A stretch of DNA of 64,000 nt from Microthyrium microscopicum. Its lineage: Eukaryota. The stretch is from positions 2,375,481 through 2,439,480 of the forward strand of contig MU004232.1 in NCBI GenBank assembly GCA_010405405.1. Direction: 5' to 3'. Positions 23,335 to 35,938 of this stretch are shown here, in pieces (position 1 is the first letter of the stretch; each line of letters starts with the position of its first letter). A program made the translations under genes and the position numbers. Under the pieces are notes generated by a model that was not told the DNA's origin, made no database searches, and saw nothing but the letters and a program-made list of their open reading frames with translations.

Positions 23335-24918
23335 TTAGGCCTCCACAGTTCCAGGACGCCGACGAATACGAAGAGTCGAAAATACTGGGGGCCCAATAGT
23401 ATTGTTGAGCCATGGGTTTTCCGGCCGAGCAGCCACCGGCTCAATATCATATTTTGTGACAATTGCAGCGAGCAGCAACTTGAGTTGATTTGCGGCAAAG
23501 AAGCGACCTGGGCACGCGTGACGACCATGAGAAAATCCCATGAATTCATCAGCAGATGTCACCATTGGCTGGGCCTTGGCGCCTGGTCCACTACCTTGTT
23601 GCTTGGGCAAGAAGCGGTATGGCTTGAAGGTGAAGGCATCGGTATATGCGTCCTCGTCGTGGTGAATCGCGTAGGAAGTGACGCCGACTTTGGCGCCGAC
23701 GTCGAGATGGTGGCCGTCTGGAAGGGTGATGCCTTCGGGGGCGACGACGAGCTTCATGACACCGCGGCTGAGAAAACCCCATAGTCGCATACTTTCTTTG
23801 AGAGCGCTGTCGAGGCGCAGCATTTGCAATAGGCCGGCGCGGGTCCAGGCTTTGGAGCCGTATTGGGAGGTTACTTGGCGGACTTCATCGCGGAGACCAG
23901 CTTGATACTCGATGCTTTGGGAGGAGGCGGCGAGATCAAAGACGATGTTGCTGATTGTGATGACGGATGACTGAATTGCGGCGAAGCTCAAGACAGTTAG
24001 ACGTTTGGTGATCATCTCTGGGGTGTATTCGAGAGGATCATTGTGACTATAGGCGTCATGCATGGCCCACTGGACGTAGTCGTTGTTTTCTGAATAGTCC
24101 GGGCGGCGGTAGTCCATGCCAGGCTTGAATTGGTGGGCGCGTTCCTTGATGAGTGGAACAACGAACTTGGTGATCTGTCGGTAGTGGTACATATCATAGG
24201 CCATGATGATGGGGGAGAAAATTGGTCGAAGATACTCCGGAAGCAAGTTAAGCATACCGGCAGTAAGGACGACTGCACGAGAATACGTGCTGGAGCTGCG
24301 AAGATACTCTTCATTACGGCAGAGTTCTTTGCCAACAAGAACACGATTGGAGATGCGGGAAATTACGTCGAGCAATGTGTCGTAGACACGGACTTCTCTC
24401 CATTCAGTGGTATCAGTGCCCCAGTTTCTGGCTAGCGCAAACTCGATTTCTTCAACGATGTTGTCGGAATAAGTGTCCAATTCCTTGGTCATTTCTCGAC
24501 GGATAACTCGGCCATGGACCATATCACGAATAATATTCGAGTGGAGCATAGTTCGGTCAGCGTGGAGGAATTCTCTGTTGACTTCGTTCTGGTTGAGAAC
24601 GTTGTCTGGTTGATCCAAGAGCCACTTCATTTGGGACATTGGCAGAATAACTTCCGGACCGGTAACGACGTTAGGAAGCAAGAACACCTTTTCATCCTTG
24701 GAGAACTTGTAGTAACCGTTTTGGATTATAGGTTTTAGCCCGAAGAAGGTCCTTACGTGTAGTTTGGCGACACTCCATGGAGAAGTGGAACCATCAGCCC
24801 AAGGAAGGTCTTTTGGCAGCCCGCGCCTGGAGAAGAAACGCTGGTAGATCCAAGCGGCCCAAAAGACAGTACCAATGACAATGGTATAGCCAACGAGGCG
24901 TAAGAGCTCAGCGAACAT
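23335..24918 (-). CDS. Cytochrome P450 (fungal ent-kaurene-oxidase/secondary-metabolism-like clan), intronless
   Basis: N-terminal TM anchor from MFAELL (ATG 24918), I-helix FAAIQSS, K-helix KESMR, FKPYRF and heme motif FSHGRHACPGR. Confidence 0.93.
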   Translation of the reverse strand: MFAELLRLVGYTIVIGTVFWAAWIYQRFFSRRGLPKDLPWADGSTSPWSVAKLHVRTFFGLKPIIQNGYYKFSKDEKVFLLPNVVTGPEVILPMSQMKWLLDQPDNVLNQNEVNREFLHADRTMLHSNIIRDMVHGRVIRREMTKELDTYSDNIVEEIEFALARNWGTDTTEWREVRVYDTLLDVISRISNRVLVGKELCRNEEYLRSSSTYSRAVVLTAGMLNLLPEYLRPIFSPIIMAYDMYHYRQITKFVVPLIKERAHQFKPGMDYRRPDYSENNDYVQWAMHDAYSHNDPLEYTPEMITKRLTVLSFAAIQSSVITISNIVFDLAASSQSIEYQAGLRDEVRQVTSQYGSKAWTRAGLLQMLRLDSALKESMRLWGFLSRGVMKLVVAPEGITLPDGHHLDVGAKVGVTSYAIHHDEDAYTDAFTFKPYRFLPKQQGSGPGAKAQPMVTSADEFMGFSHGRHACPGRFFAANQLKLLLAAIVTKYDIEPVAARPENPWLNNTIGPPVFSTLRIRRRPGTVEA

Positions 24919-26691
24919 TGTAGATTTGGGGTGCACCAGTGCACTAAGATTCGTCATGAGAAAGTTACTCAAACCAGATATCCGATGGGTCTTCGGAAGT
25001 ATGCTTATGGTAAGAGCTGTGGCGTTTTGCATAGTGAAAGAGTGGTTGATGAGGCCCGACATGGTGAGTTATATCTAGGAAAGCCAGAATTGAAAGGTGG
25101 GTGGAATAAAGAGGTGATCAATGGCATTGATCTGGAAGTTACTCTTTGTTGCTCGTGCAACGATAAGCGGTGCTAAGTCTCGAGGTGGAACAAAGTCTTG
25201 TTGTCTACATCAAAGAGCCCGTTCTCTGACAAAGGTCTTATTAGCGAAACGACATACTTTACACCACCCGCATGGCATTTGCATTGGACAAGTACATAGA
25301 TTGGGCCAATGGTGACATCAGGAGCAGTCTTCGATCACGGTATCTGATTGTGTGCTCGGACTCCCAACGACTCTAGATTCCCAGCAACAATACAGCAGAT
25401 TACCACCGAGTTAGGCATGTCCGGCCCACTTGGACCCGGGCAAACAGTTGCCTCTGAGCAAAGCATGGCACTTAGGAGGACCTGATTGAGCGCTATCTCA
25501 CCCATTCTGGCCGGGGAGACTGGCTAGAATGCTAGAAACTACATATGCAAGTCAAGCCTGTGTATACGAATCGAGACGTCTGGGTGAGCATGGCCGGTAA
25601 GGCTTGCCGTTTTGTCATCGCGTATACTGTCCATGCTTGTATCTTTCTGCTAGGTCGACTAATGATTTTTACATTATCTAGTATGGCGGCTAATCTTTGC
25701 TTCCTAGTTGCTATTTTGCGGGTCGGCAAGCAAAATGGCATGCTAGCTGCGTTGGGGCCGCAAGGTTTCTGACACTGCTGCAGATGTTGCAGAAGTAGTG
25801 CCGGTGTATTCTCCAGAGTGGTATACAACCTAGATATCTCTATGCCCAATACTTACTAGACTAGTTCCCAACAGTTTGGAGAAGGAGTGGGGTATCTATC
25901 TTTGATCGTATAAGTGCCAATATCTTTGTTCTGGAACAATGGAGTCGAACAATGAGATACTTCAAAAAGGCGATAGACTATTCAAGCTGTATTTGATATT
26001 CTATCATACGAGGCAACACCGAAGGCAAAAGCAATTGTGCTGATGCACAAAACTCTTGGCTGAAATACGAGGTTGCTGAAAACAACAACTATTCTCGAAC
26101 GACGGGGACTCCCGTAAGGATGGGAAGTTAGAGCTGTAAAGTCCCTCGAGCTTGGAGTGAAAATTGGCAAGTGCCCATGCCATTGGGGACTGGTGTCATT
26201 CCACGCTACCGGGCGTGCATATTGCCCTGTCCCCTTTAGCTGCAGATACGAGAAATGCTTGTGTATCCTCCATTCAGAGACGGGCTACAACAAGTAGCAC
26301 GTGGAATTCAAGAACGACTTGAAGAGTCGTTTCCGATTGGATCTAAAGAAGCGGACCAACGGCTAACAAAGCTGATCAAAAATTGCCAGAACAAGGATAT
26401 GCAAAAGACGTGGGGTTTATTATCACGTTTTTGAGAGCCATTGTCGGAAAACAAGTCGTTATTTCTTTATCAAATCTACAACGTAGCTTTCGTGAACCTG
26501 ACTATACTGATGTACCCGGAGAGGCAAGTTTCGGAACTTTCGGAGCACGATTTGCTGGTATGGCGGAGGATGTGCTTCAGGGATACATGGTATCCTGCTC
26601 GAGCATAAGGAAAGGTCACAGCTAAAAGTTCCAATGTATCAATCCAACATTGTTCTAAATAGCTTTCTCAATGAGCCCGAGTACTTTGAAA

Positions 26692-27184
26692 TCAGTCACC
26701 ACTCCCAACTCCCATAATATTGAGCAGTGACGAGTTTGAGATTGGTGGTTTCTGACACTGAAGGGCCAAGAAAGCTGGCAGCTATCATAAGGTTAGTCAG
26801 GGCCGAATCAAGTTTCATTACAGATAACTGACCGTTGCAGTGCGAATCTGACAGCACATATTGATACCTGGACAGTCCTTTGACGCATCTCCTAAAACTT
26901 GAGCTATCGGTTAGCTGTTGACTACGAGTCGTAGGACCCGAGAACTCACCTCCAATACAGTTTACGGTTTGATCAGTTGGATGGAACTCTGTAAAGCCTT
27001 GCAGTTTCATCATCAGCTCCAAGTTGCCCACGTACACTCCTCGACAACAAACTCCCCGTCCCTCATTGTGGTCAATACAGATTCTTGGATCCCAGAACGG
27101 AAGTGGATTTGGGGGCGGTGTATTGGCGACCGCGGTTAAAGCGGTAGATAGGAATAGACAGCAGAAGTATAGCCAGTGCTGCAT
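26692..27184 (-). CDS. Hydrophobin (class I-like 8-Cys pattern), 3 exons, ~131 aa
   Basis: Exons 27184-26950, 26903-26833 and 26781-26692. Introns GTGAGT..CTAAC..TAG and GTCAGT..CTAAC..TAG. The spliced protein has a signal peptide and C-X9-CC-X28-C-X12-C-X5-CC-X14-C. Confidence 0.8.
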
Positions 27185-28795
27185 ATTGCCTTTGTTCTTT
27201 GAAGCAAATCGGCTTTTTTTCCGAAGTTCAGCAAGTACGGAGGGTTTGGAAGGATATTGGTCACTGACTAGTTCTAGCGTAGAGACATGCAGCAGTGTTG
27301 CAGGAGCAAGTCGAAATTCAAGGAAGCGAGATTTTAAAGTCTTAAAGCTAGTCTGGTGGGTTTACAATTCCTGGGTCGGAATATCTTAGTCTTTTTAGAC
27401 AACCAGATGTTGAGATGGAGTTACACACGATGCGGCTCAAACTTTCCCAAATCCATGGTTCATGTAGGAACATTATTGTATAACCGCACTTTCTACGCCT
27501 TGCATTTTGACAGCTAGAATGGTGTGTAACAGAAGCTTATGTCCAATTGAAAAGGATGAAAGGATGCCATGTACAACGCTGTTCCTGGTGTTTTATCCCG
27601 ATACTGCGGACTTTGGCTGAAGAGGCAAACTGTAGTTGGCTCCCTGCGCCTTTATCTCGAAGGATTTACCATGTTGCAGAATCCAATAATATATCTCAGA
27701 AACTTTGAGGCCTGAAAGGAGGCCACCAGAAGAAGTTCTACTTGCCTTCTTGTTATAAATTCGTATTATCAACCGTCAGCATACCCAAGACTACTAGCGC
27801 TTTCAACCCATGGCCCTTGATCTGCCCATAAAATTCCAGTGGCAAGAAGACCCGACTTCGCAATATTACTACTGCATGCCCTCCCGTCAAACAAACAGGC
27901 CATACATGCGACCCCAAGCGGCCCTTCTCTCAGTCAGCCTGGCGGTCACGCTCAACGTTCGTACATTATTCTGACCGATTCCGCGGCCACCAGTCAAACA
28001 GGCAGGAGAAGAACGAACGGTGCAAAGCAGGAACTGAGAGATATGCACATTAATATGCACCTCTATTAACCACGTCAGCAATTGGTCAGAGCTCGCGTAC
28101 ATACAACTAGCAGCCCGTCCATACGGTGACGGACAAAACCCACACATTATTGACCGCGCTTACCGCTCAGCGGATGTTAAAGGAAGCAAGAGTTCGCGAA
28201 AGCTGGAATCCTTTTGAGCTTTAGTTGCAGATTACTAGGCATGGGAAGTTGATGCGTTGGCAACATTATCCATGCATGTGCATTGGAACCGTGGGCATGT
28301 TGACTCCCATGATACCAGGGACTTTTTTGCGTATGACAGTGCCTGTAATTCACGCTCAGATGATCACTATTGGAAAACAGCATTGTTGAGTAATGGAAGT
28401 ATCGAAGATGCCGGGTGGAAATAAATAGCAAGTTTGTGTGCGATCGAACATGGTGTTGAGGAGGACCCGACTATATCAAAACCATCTGCCCCACTCAACT
28501 CCGATGCCGTTCAGCTTTCTTTTGTCCCAATTCTGAATGAAAGCCGGGCCAGTCTAGGGTACTGTCATTGGTACATGTAATGCATCGCTTGGTACGTATG
28601 TTTGATACGAAAAATGGATGCTTCTATCATTGGTTCTATGTACAGTTTCTATGCGCGTTTGGCTCCTTACCAGCTGAGGATAACCACCGCCTTCAAGCTG
28701 GACGAATTCGCTCCTTTTCTAAACAGAAGTATTGATACTGATATATATGACAAATCCAAATCCCACTTGGCTACTTGGATATGCAGCAAAACTGG

Positions 28796-30172
28796 CTATT
28801 GTTCGTCTTCAAGCCTCAGTTGTTCCATGAGAATGGCATTGACCTGCGCATCAAAGTTCGGCGCTCGATCTGGCACACGTCTTCGGACCAAAGTTTTGCG
28901 TTCAATCAAGTCTTCTTCTACCCAAAGCTGTTGGTAACACTGAGTCCCAAGAGTGTTGAAATGAGGGTAGGGATTTCCAGGTTCCAACCAAGTACCACAA
29001 ATATAGCAAAAATGCGTCCGACAGTTAAAGCAGACCATATGGTTGCAACCAGAGGATTTCGTTATGGCTGAACCACAACTGGGGCACTCGCAACTGTGCT
29101 GCTGAATAAACTCCATGCTGGCGAGATCCGCTGCTGCCTCCTCTGAAGTGCCACAAAAGGCAAAATCACCATGCCATGTCTTCTTGCATCGACGGCAAAA
29201 GGTTAATTCGCATTTATCACAGATCGCAATCTTGGAGTTGAGTGCCTCGTCAGAACTGGTGCTCTCCGTGGTCGTGGTCTCGTCCAGCTCTCGCATTTCG
29301 GCAATGTCCTTCATGGGCGGGTATTTCTTTGATCTAGAAGATCCATCACACCAGGTTCGCGGACAGCGGACTATTGAGCGATCAGAGTCAATCGCCTTTT
29401 TCCGTTTCATATAGGCATATCGTTGGACTGTCTCTGGTTCCATACCCATGTCCAAAAGCTCTGCAGGAGGAATGCTAGGCTGCACCTTTCCTCCAGACGC
29501 AGAGAGAATGTGGCAGTCAGGCGACGGACAGGTAACTGATTGTACAGATCCTTCTTGTATCATTGCGGTATAGAAGTCGTGTAGACATCCTTTGCAAAAC
29601 ACATGTCCACAGCGAGCTAACTTGTAGCATTCCGCGCCTGATTTGCGCTCTAGGCAGACGGTGCATGCTATTGTCGAGGCATCAAAAGCTGCTTTTATTA
29701 CTGAAGCTTGGAACTCGAGAAGCGATAGCCGAAGTTCAGAGCCAATTTTTATGCCGGATGTGTAGCCAAAGTGATCTTGCGGCTGCTCAAATATCCTCTC
29801 AATATAGCAGTACAAGATATCGCTTGTACCCGTTTTCCATAGTGAAAATGCCAAATCCTCGAGCTCTTGCAGCTTCTCCCGCGGAAGCCAAGATGGAGTG
29901 GTACTGATGGAAACCTGGGGAGGCGCTGTCTCAGGGTAGCCAGATGGCAATGCGATAGCAACTTGCAATGGTGGAAGATATTTGACCTTTTCTGAAACAT
30001 AGTTCACGTTGCCTTCTCCATGCACGGTTTCCGGCTCTTTGAAAAGGAGCTCTAGCGGATCGTTGAGTTCAACATCCACGACCAGATTCAAAAGATATGG
30101 ATCCTCCTGGCCTTGCGTCAACTCAGGCCATATCGCTTGACAGACTTCAATTTCTGCATCACGCTCATCCAT
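28796..30172 (-). CDS. RWD-domain RBR (RING-IBR-RING) E3 ubiquitin ligase, Itt1/RNF14-like
   Basis: RWD (YLPPLQV..LPSGYPETAPP), RING1 (CTVCLE..CGHVFCKGCL..CPSPDC), IBR (CPRTWC..CDKCELTFCRRCKKTWHG) and RING2 (CPSC..GCNHMVCFNCRTHFCYIC). ATG at 30172. Confidence 0.92.
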   Translation of the reverse strand: MDERDAEIEVCQAIWPELTQGQEDPYLLNLVVDVELNDPLELLFKEPETVHGEGNVNYVSEKVKYLPPLQVAIALPSGYPETAPPQVSISTTPSWLPREKLQELEDLAFSLWKTGTSDILYCYIERIFEQPQDHFGYTSGIKIGSELRLSLLEFQASVIKAAFDASTIACTVCLERKSGAECYKLARCGHVFCKGCLHDFYTAMIQEGSVQSVTCPSPDCHILSASGGKVQPSIPPAELLDMGMEPETVQRYAYMKRKKAIDSDRSIVRCPRTWCDGSSRSKKYPPMKDIAEMRELDETTTTESTSSDEALNSKIAICDKCELTFCRRCKKTWHGDFAFCGTSEEAAADLASMEFIQQHSCECPSCGSAITKSSGCNHMVCFNCRTHFCYICGTWLEPGNPYPHFNTLGTQCYQQLWVEEDLIERKTLVRRRVPDRAPNFDAQVNAILMEQLRLEDEQ

Positions 30173-30740
30173 AACTGAAAGGTTCGGTAGTGGAGGTAAA
30201 ACTAGCCAACAAGCCCGGAGTAAGAGTTCGCGAGGAGGCAATGTAGGGTATAGATCGCAGCAATTGCAATGTCCTTGAACAGGTGCAACCTGTATAGTGA
30301 AAGTCGACAGCCGTCTGAGTGACTGCAGCTCCAGTTGTTGAGGTAGAACAAAGGAATCACGAGTCGCGACCCTTCAGGGATGAGATAGAATAATCTTTCT
30401 CATATTTCCAACTGCTGATGGCCTAGACAAAGACCAAATGTCACCTCGAAGACTCCAGAATTCGTCGGTGAGGTGGCGGTGGCGGCGAAGTATTGGGACA
30501 CAATGAATTCAGACACCGATTCAAAAAGTAGATTGATAATGTGCACTAGTCCGAATAAGGCAGGGCGTCATGTCCGAGCGTCTGACGTCCTGTCTTGTTA
30601 CACCAAGCTTTCTATCACCAACTTTTGACATCCTCGACATCTAGATCAACTCCTGACACCACCCGAATTCTGCCATGATACTCCCTTAGAAGAACTGTTC
30701 ATCTCCCACCAAGTTCTCTCCTCCACCACAAACCACCAAA

Positions 30741-31464
30741 ATGGAGGATACCACCCCCCTAGCCTCCCTCTCCCTAACCCACGTCTCCTACGTACCTTCT
30801 CCCATCCCCATCCCCTCCACAACATCACTAACCTTCCCAGGACCCAACATCCCTCCTCTCCCACCTATGCGCCTACCTAGCCCTCGTCCCCCAAGCCCTA
30901 ATAATCTCCTACCTAACCCTCCTCTACGCAACCCGCGAACTAGAAATCCTCCTCATGTTCGCCGGCCAACTAGCCTGCGAAGCCGCCAACTTCATCCTCA
31001 AGCGGTATATCCGCGAAGAACGGCCCACACGTTTACGCGGCCGCGGATACGGGATGCCGAGCAGTCATGCGCAATACGTCGCGTACTTTGGCGTCTATCT
31101 GGCGCTCTTTTTGCTCATACGGCACGAACCGACGGTGACGCCGTGGAGTAAGGTGCATCGGGTGGGTGTGGCGGGGTTGGGGTTGGTGGGCGCGGGATGT
31201 GTGGCGGTGAGTAGGATTTATTTGGGATATCATACGCCGAGGCAGGTGTTGGTTGGTGTGGTGGCGGGGGTGGTTTGTGCGGTGGGGTGGTTTGTTGTTA
31301 CGGGGTGGGTGAGGGAGTTGGGGGTGGTGGAGTGGGTGGTGGAAACGAAGGTGGCGAAGGCGTTGAGGGTGAGAGATTTGTTGATGGAGGAGGATTTACA
31401 AGATGCTGGATGGGCGAGGTGGCAGGAACAGCGGCGGCGAAAGAGAAGTGTCAAGGCTGAATAA
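30741..31464 (+). CDS. CAX4: Dolichyldiphosphatase (PAP2 family), 1 intron
   Basis: PLASLSLTHVSY, an intron at ~30792-30840, then GQLACEAANFILKRYIREERP, GYGMPSSHAQ and SRIYLGYHT. Confidence 0.92.
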
Positions 31465-31636
31465 GGGAGTCACGGTAGAGACAAAGGGAGATCTTGAAAG
31501 AAGATATGCAAATATTGAATTTTCTCAATGGGGGAATATGGTTTTGTCTATATATGGGAAAAAGACCAATTGGCAGGAAAATGCTGGCTCCATGGGTGTC
31601 CATTAACCAAAAACGCCATGCGAATTTAGAGAAATC

Positions 31637-33723
31637 CTACAACATCAACGACATTATCACTACCAACGCTACAGTCATCATCATTACTTTCGTCTGGTAT
31701 TCCAATCGCGTAGCTCCAGCTCGTTGTGGTTGATCGACCCCCAGTCTGTTGCAGGCCAGCAAACTCTGAGCACTAGGATCATCCAACGACCCGTAACTTC
31801 GGGCCCGCAGAGCATCCTGAGATGGACAAGAAAACTGCATACTAGCCGGACAACTCTTGACGAGCTCATAGCACAGCTCTATACACGGCAACAGCTCGCG
31901 ATATGGACCAGGTTTGATGACATGGTCAATTGGTGGATATCTGCTCGTTGCAAACCATGGAGATGTCATGTTGTTTTCTTGGAGGTTGACCTTGGAAAGA
32001 TCGGGAGAGGTTCCATTGGGATAGTTTTGGCCAATGTTGCGTGGAAGGAGGAATGGCGATTCTGGTGGTGCCATTTGAAAATCGGCACAGCGGGGAATGG
32101 TGACTGCACATAACCAAGTACGATAGTCTGAATCGCAATCTGTACAGTTGCGCGAAAGGCTGTACATGGCGGAAGAGGTGGTATTACAAGCCACTTGTTG
32201 GAGTGAATAGGAGAAGTTTTGATACAGATTTTTAGCGTTGTCGTCGTAGAAAGACACCAGATCTTGTAGAGAGGAGCTGGCGCCAGATGGAACTGCATAT
32301 GCAACATTTGAGCAAAATGGGAGGTCGTGTATGATTTTGCAATTGCCGTCTGAATTCACTGTCAATATTTGTGATTATTGTAGTTGTCAAAAGACATACC
32401 TGACTTGGTCTTAAAGCTGAATGGCTGCCAAACTATACCTCCTCCATTCACAGCACCGGATACTACGTTTGCCGATCCATTAGCAGCACTATAAGACATA
32501 AATGCCCAATACTGTGTGCCCAGACTGAGTCCCTCAACCATGAACTGTTGTTTTGGTACATTGCCTTGGTTCCGAGTGATGATGGAATTGTTAACGCTGA
32601 TGCCAGCAGAATTGGCGGCGAGATTTGAAAGTCCACAGAACGAGTTTCGCACGCCATCCAGACCAGATGTATTCGCGGGAACGATAAACATCTTGAACGG
32701 TGGGGGCGTCGATTCCCATTGCTGGCGCAAGCCAGAGTTATTGGCAAGGGCGTCGGAATCAGTAAGATTGTCGGAAACTATCAGTGTAGATGTAGAATCC
32801 GTATCGACCAGAAATGCGCCCGTCGCCTCGTTAACAGCGCGAAAGAAATTATTATCTATCGACGTCGATATTTGAAAGTTCCATTCGCCAGTTGCTCCAG
32901 TGATATTTGGCGCAGATACACCAATGTACAGATTGCCGTTGCCACTCGCTTCCTGAGTAGTGGTAGCATATCCCTCGTTGAAAGCTATAGGCGGCAGTGT
33001 ATCAGACGCTCCAGGTCCAGGTTTCTGATTCACACTTGATAGATACAGCGCCAATTGAGGTGCCGCGCTCGAAGAGCTCCCGTTCATACTCGGCTGGAGA
33101 CAAGTGTTGGCAGTAATGTATACGTTCGCAGTCTTCGTCGCATTCTGACGTTTGTCCAACACCGGAAATTGCGACCCGGTCTGATCTGCTGGCGATTCCT
33201 CCAGTCTGTCCAAATCATCCAGATCAAGGCTTCTCTTCGCCACGTTCCTCCGCTGCAAACTGCCAAACTTAGGCGGTAAAGAGCCCAAAATCCCACTTCC
33301 AGAGTTCCCACTCGGTCCAAAAATCTCAGAATTTTCAAAAACATAATAAACCGTCTGCCCCGGCTGCAAATTCAACGACACCGGCACATTATTCTTCAAC
33401 GGCGTAATATCCTCCGCCGCTCTTCCAATAAGTTCTCGTCCCAACGCTCCTACTCCAAACTCTGGCTCATATAATCCCTTCAGCGCCTCCTCTTGCAACA
33501 CCTTCTCTTGCTCCCTTTCAATCTCATCACCCCAATCCACATCGCCAGCCAACCCCAGATCTATCCGCGGATGATTATGATCTCTTTGTAACGTAGCATC
33601 CAATTCCGCCGCATACGCAAACTGGCCAGGCGAGAGTGTAGAGTAGACGATAAGGAGAAGGAGGGAAGTGCCAATGCAAGCGGCCAGGCGCGATTGCAGA
33701 GGTGTCAGCTTCGGCCACTGCAT
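31637..33723 (-). CDS. MID1: Stretch-activated Ca2+ channel component Mid1, 1 intron
   Basis: N-terminus KLTPLQSRLAA, ITANTCLQP, and a C-terminal Cys-rich domain (NCKIIHDLPFCSNVAYAVP, YSLSRNCTDC, WLCAVTIPRC, ELLPCIELCYELVKSCP). Confidence 0.93.
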
Positions 33724-34412
33724 TGCTGTGATATTCTATGTGTGATCCAAAGCCTTGGAGGACTATATGGAGAAACGCGGCTCCAGTAGAATCATGGTCG
33801 TAAGCAGAGCAAGCAAAGTCAGGAGGGGATTCGAAGGCGGCGCAGTCGGATCGACGGAGATGGCGGCAGCACGGGATGAACGAGTGGAGGTGCTGGTGTT
33901 GAATAGTGGGTTTGGAAGACTCGGAGTTTCAGTGTAAGGTGAAAGGGAGAGGTATTAGTATTTGCTGACTTGGTGGAGAGTTGGAATGGTCGTTCATTTA
34001 GGAGGGTGAGATTTGGTCTGAAGGAGCAATGGGATGTCTTGGCGCGGCTCCTGCACAATTGGAGGGAGATCCCTGCATGCGGTCACAGACTGGAGAGTGC
34101 AAAGGGCAAGATCGCTGCAAATTAAGGTATATTTATGTCAGCAAGATAATATGTGACTAAAAAAGGGGTAGACCTAGATATTCAAGAAATAATTGTGTAT
34201 TCATAAAAGTTTTGGTGTATTTACTTGGTATGCTCAAGTGTGTATCATCTGCCATGCAATGTCCAAATGAACCATCTTACATAGCGAGTCCAAACATCGT
34301 TTCAATCCATACAGGCGGCTTTATAGCTCGCCCAAGCCCAAACATCCAAGAAAAATAAAACTCCATCGCTGATGCAGAAAACAAAAATGTACGCTAAAGG
34401 AAGGTATGCCGC

Positions 34413-35938
34413 TTATAACATGACCGCAAAGCCAAAGGCGATAGCTGCCGCTACCAGTGAGCAGCACGTCGCCACCTGCTTGAAAGGTGGTGGTGTGTTT
34501 ACATTGCCGCCACTGGGTATCGTTGAGACTGATGGACCGCGAGCTCCACCGGTTGCCACTGATAGTGTGGTGACCGCATTGGCTACGAGTGAGGCACCTG
34601 GCACACCACTCGTGCCCGAGGCGATTTCTTCGACGTTGCTCTTAGTAGCATTGAAATTTGTGGGCGCCAGAGAGATCTGGTTGTTTGATAAGTCGTACAC
34701 CACGTAAGCACTGCGAAGAAAAGTATCGCCTAGAACGGCAGTAGAATCTCCAGCGTCACTGATGCCTAGAAATTTTGTTAGTTCTTGGACGTTTCAACCA
34801 AGATTTTGTTTCACATACCTAAAATGCAGACCTGGCGGCCATTGCGAGTTCCGTCTACGATAACCAGCTCGTTCATTGGCACACTAATGGTAACTCCAGA
34901 AAATGAGAAATCCACAGTTGCTGTATTGCTCATGAGATTGCAATTAACAGTAGCAGCACCAGATTGACTGCTATATGTCGCGCTGAAGATGGTGAATAGT
35001 GATTGAGCGTATGTTGTTGGAAGATAAGACAAGCTGCTTCCAGAGTCGAGGAGGACTGGAACTGGCGAGCTACTGCTCAAAACAGTCTGGCCACCAGCGG
35101 TCACTCCAGTAAGTGCAATAATGAATTCTCTGTACACGCCATCCTCCTTAATAATTGGCAATGTTGCCAAAGAGCCTGTAAACTTCTCGGTATCAACGCC
35201 TCCAAACAGGATTGATCCAGTATTCGCGTCCAGATCATTGAGCCACAAGCTGTACGAAGGAGTATTTGTGACTTTGTTCTGAGCCAGAATCTGTGGCAAA
35301 TTTTGATATGTTTTTCCCGTTGTGCTCACAGATGCTTCATTGGTGGGATATCCAACTCCTAGAATGCCTTGAGCTGAAGTTGATTTGTATCCAATTCCAA
35401 ATGGTACACTTGTTATGCTAGTCTGGCCCATGGTAACAGTATCAGCTGCATAATCGCCCTGTGCGTACGAACTGTCTGCATATTTGATGTAGAAATCGCT
35501 ATTGAGATATTGGTAGGTACTGGAGGAATTGGCGTTGTATACTCCGGACGCGGAGCATTGTTGTGCGTATTGTTGACATAATGTTGACACGGCTGAATTT
35601 GCCCACAGATCACTGCTACCCGTGTCGATGTCTAGGCGTAGACTTTGGCCTGGCGTTCCAAGGCTAACATTTGCAAAATATAGTGTTTGCTCGTTGTCTA
35701 GGGTAAGCTGGAGCGAGCTTCTCTTCTTTATTCGCGCGCGATCCCTTGCGACAGGGCTGAGATTGGTAGTCTTTCTTGAAAGGTCTAGTGAAAGCACGGA
35801 TGGCTATGGAATGGTTAGTTGGCCGCCAAAAAGGCTGAATGGATGTTTGTAACTTACATTACTTCTAGATATTAATTGTATTGCAGAAACAAGTGTTGAT
35901 GTGGTACTGGCAAAAGCCCAGCATGTTGTAGTCTTCAT
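34413..35938 (-). CDS. GPI-anchored aspartic endopeptidase (yapsin/OpsB-like, family A1), 2 introns
   Basis: Catalytic DTGS and DSGS motifs, LGDTFLRSAYVVYDLSNNQISLA, a hydrophobic C-terminal GPI signal and a signal-peptide exon from ATG 35938. Confidence 0.92.

Noticed and set aside
25100..26650. Short ORFs between the P450 and the hydrophobin as possible cluster genes
   Set aside because: No domain signatures and no biosynthetic backbone gene, so no gene cluster is supported.
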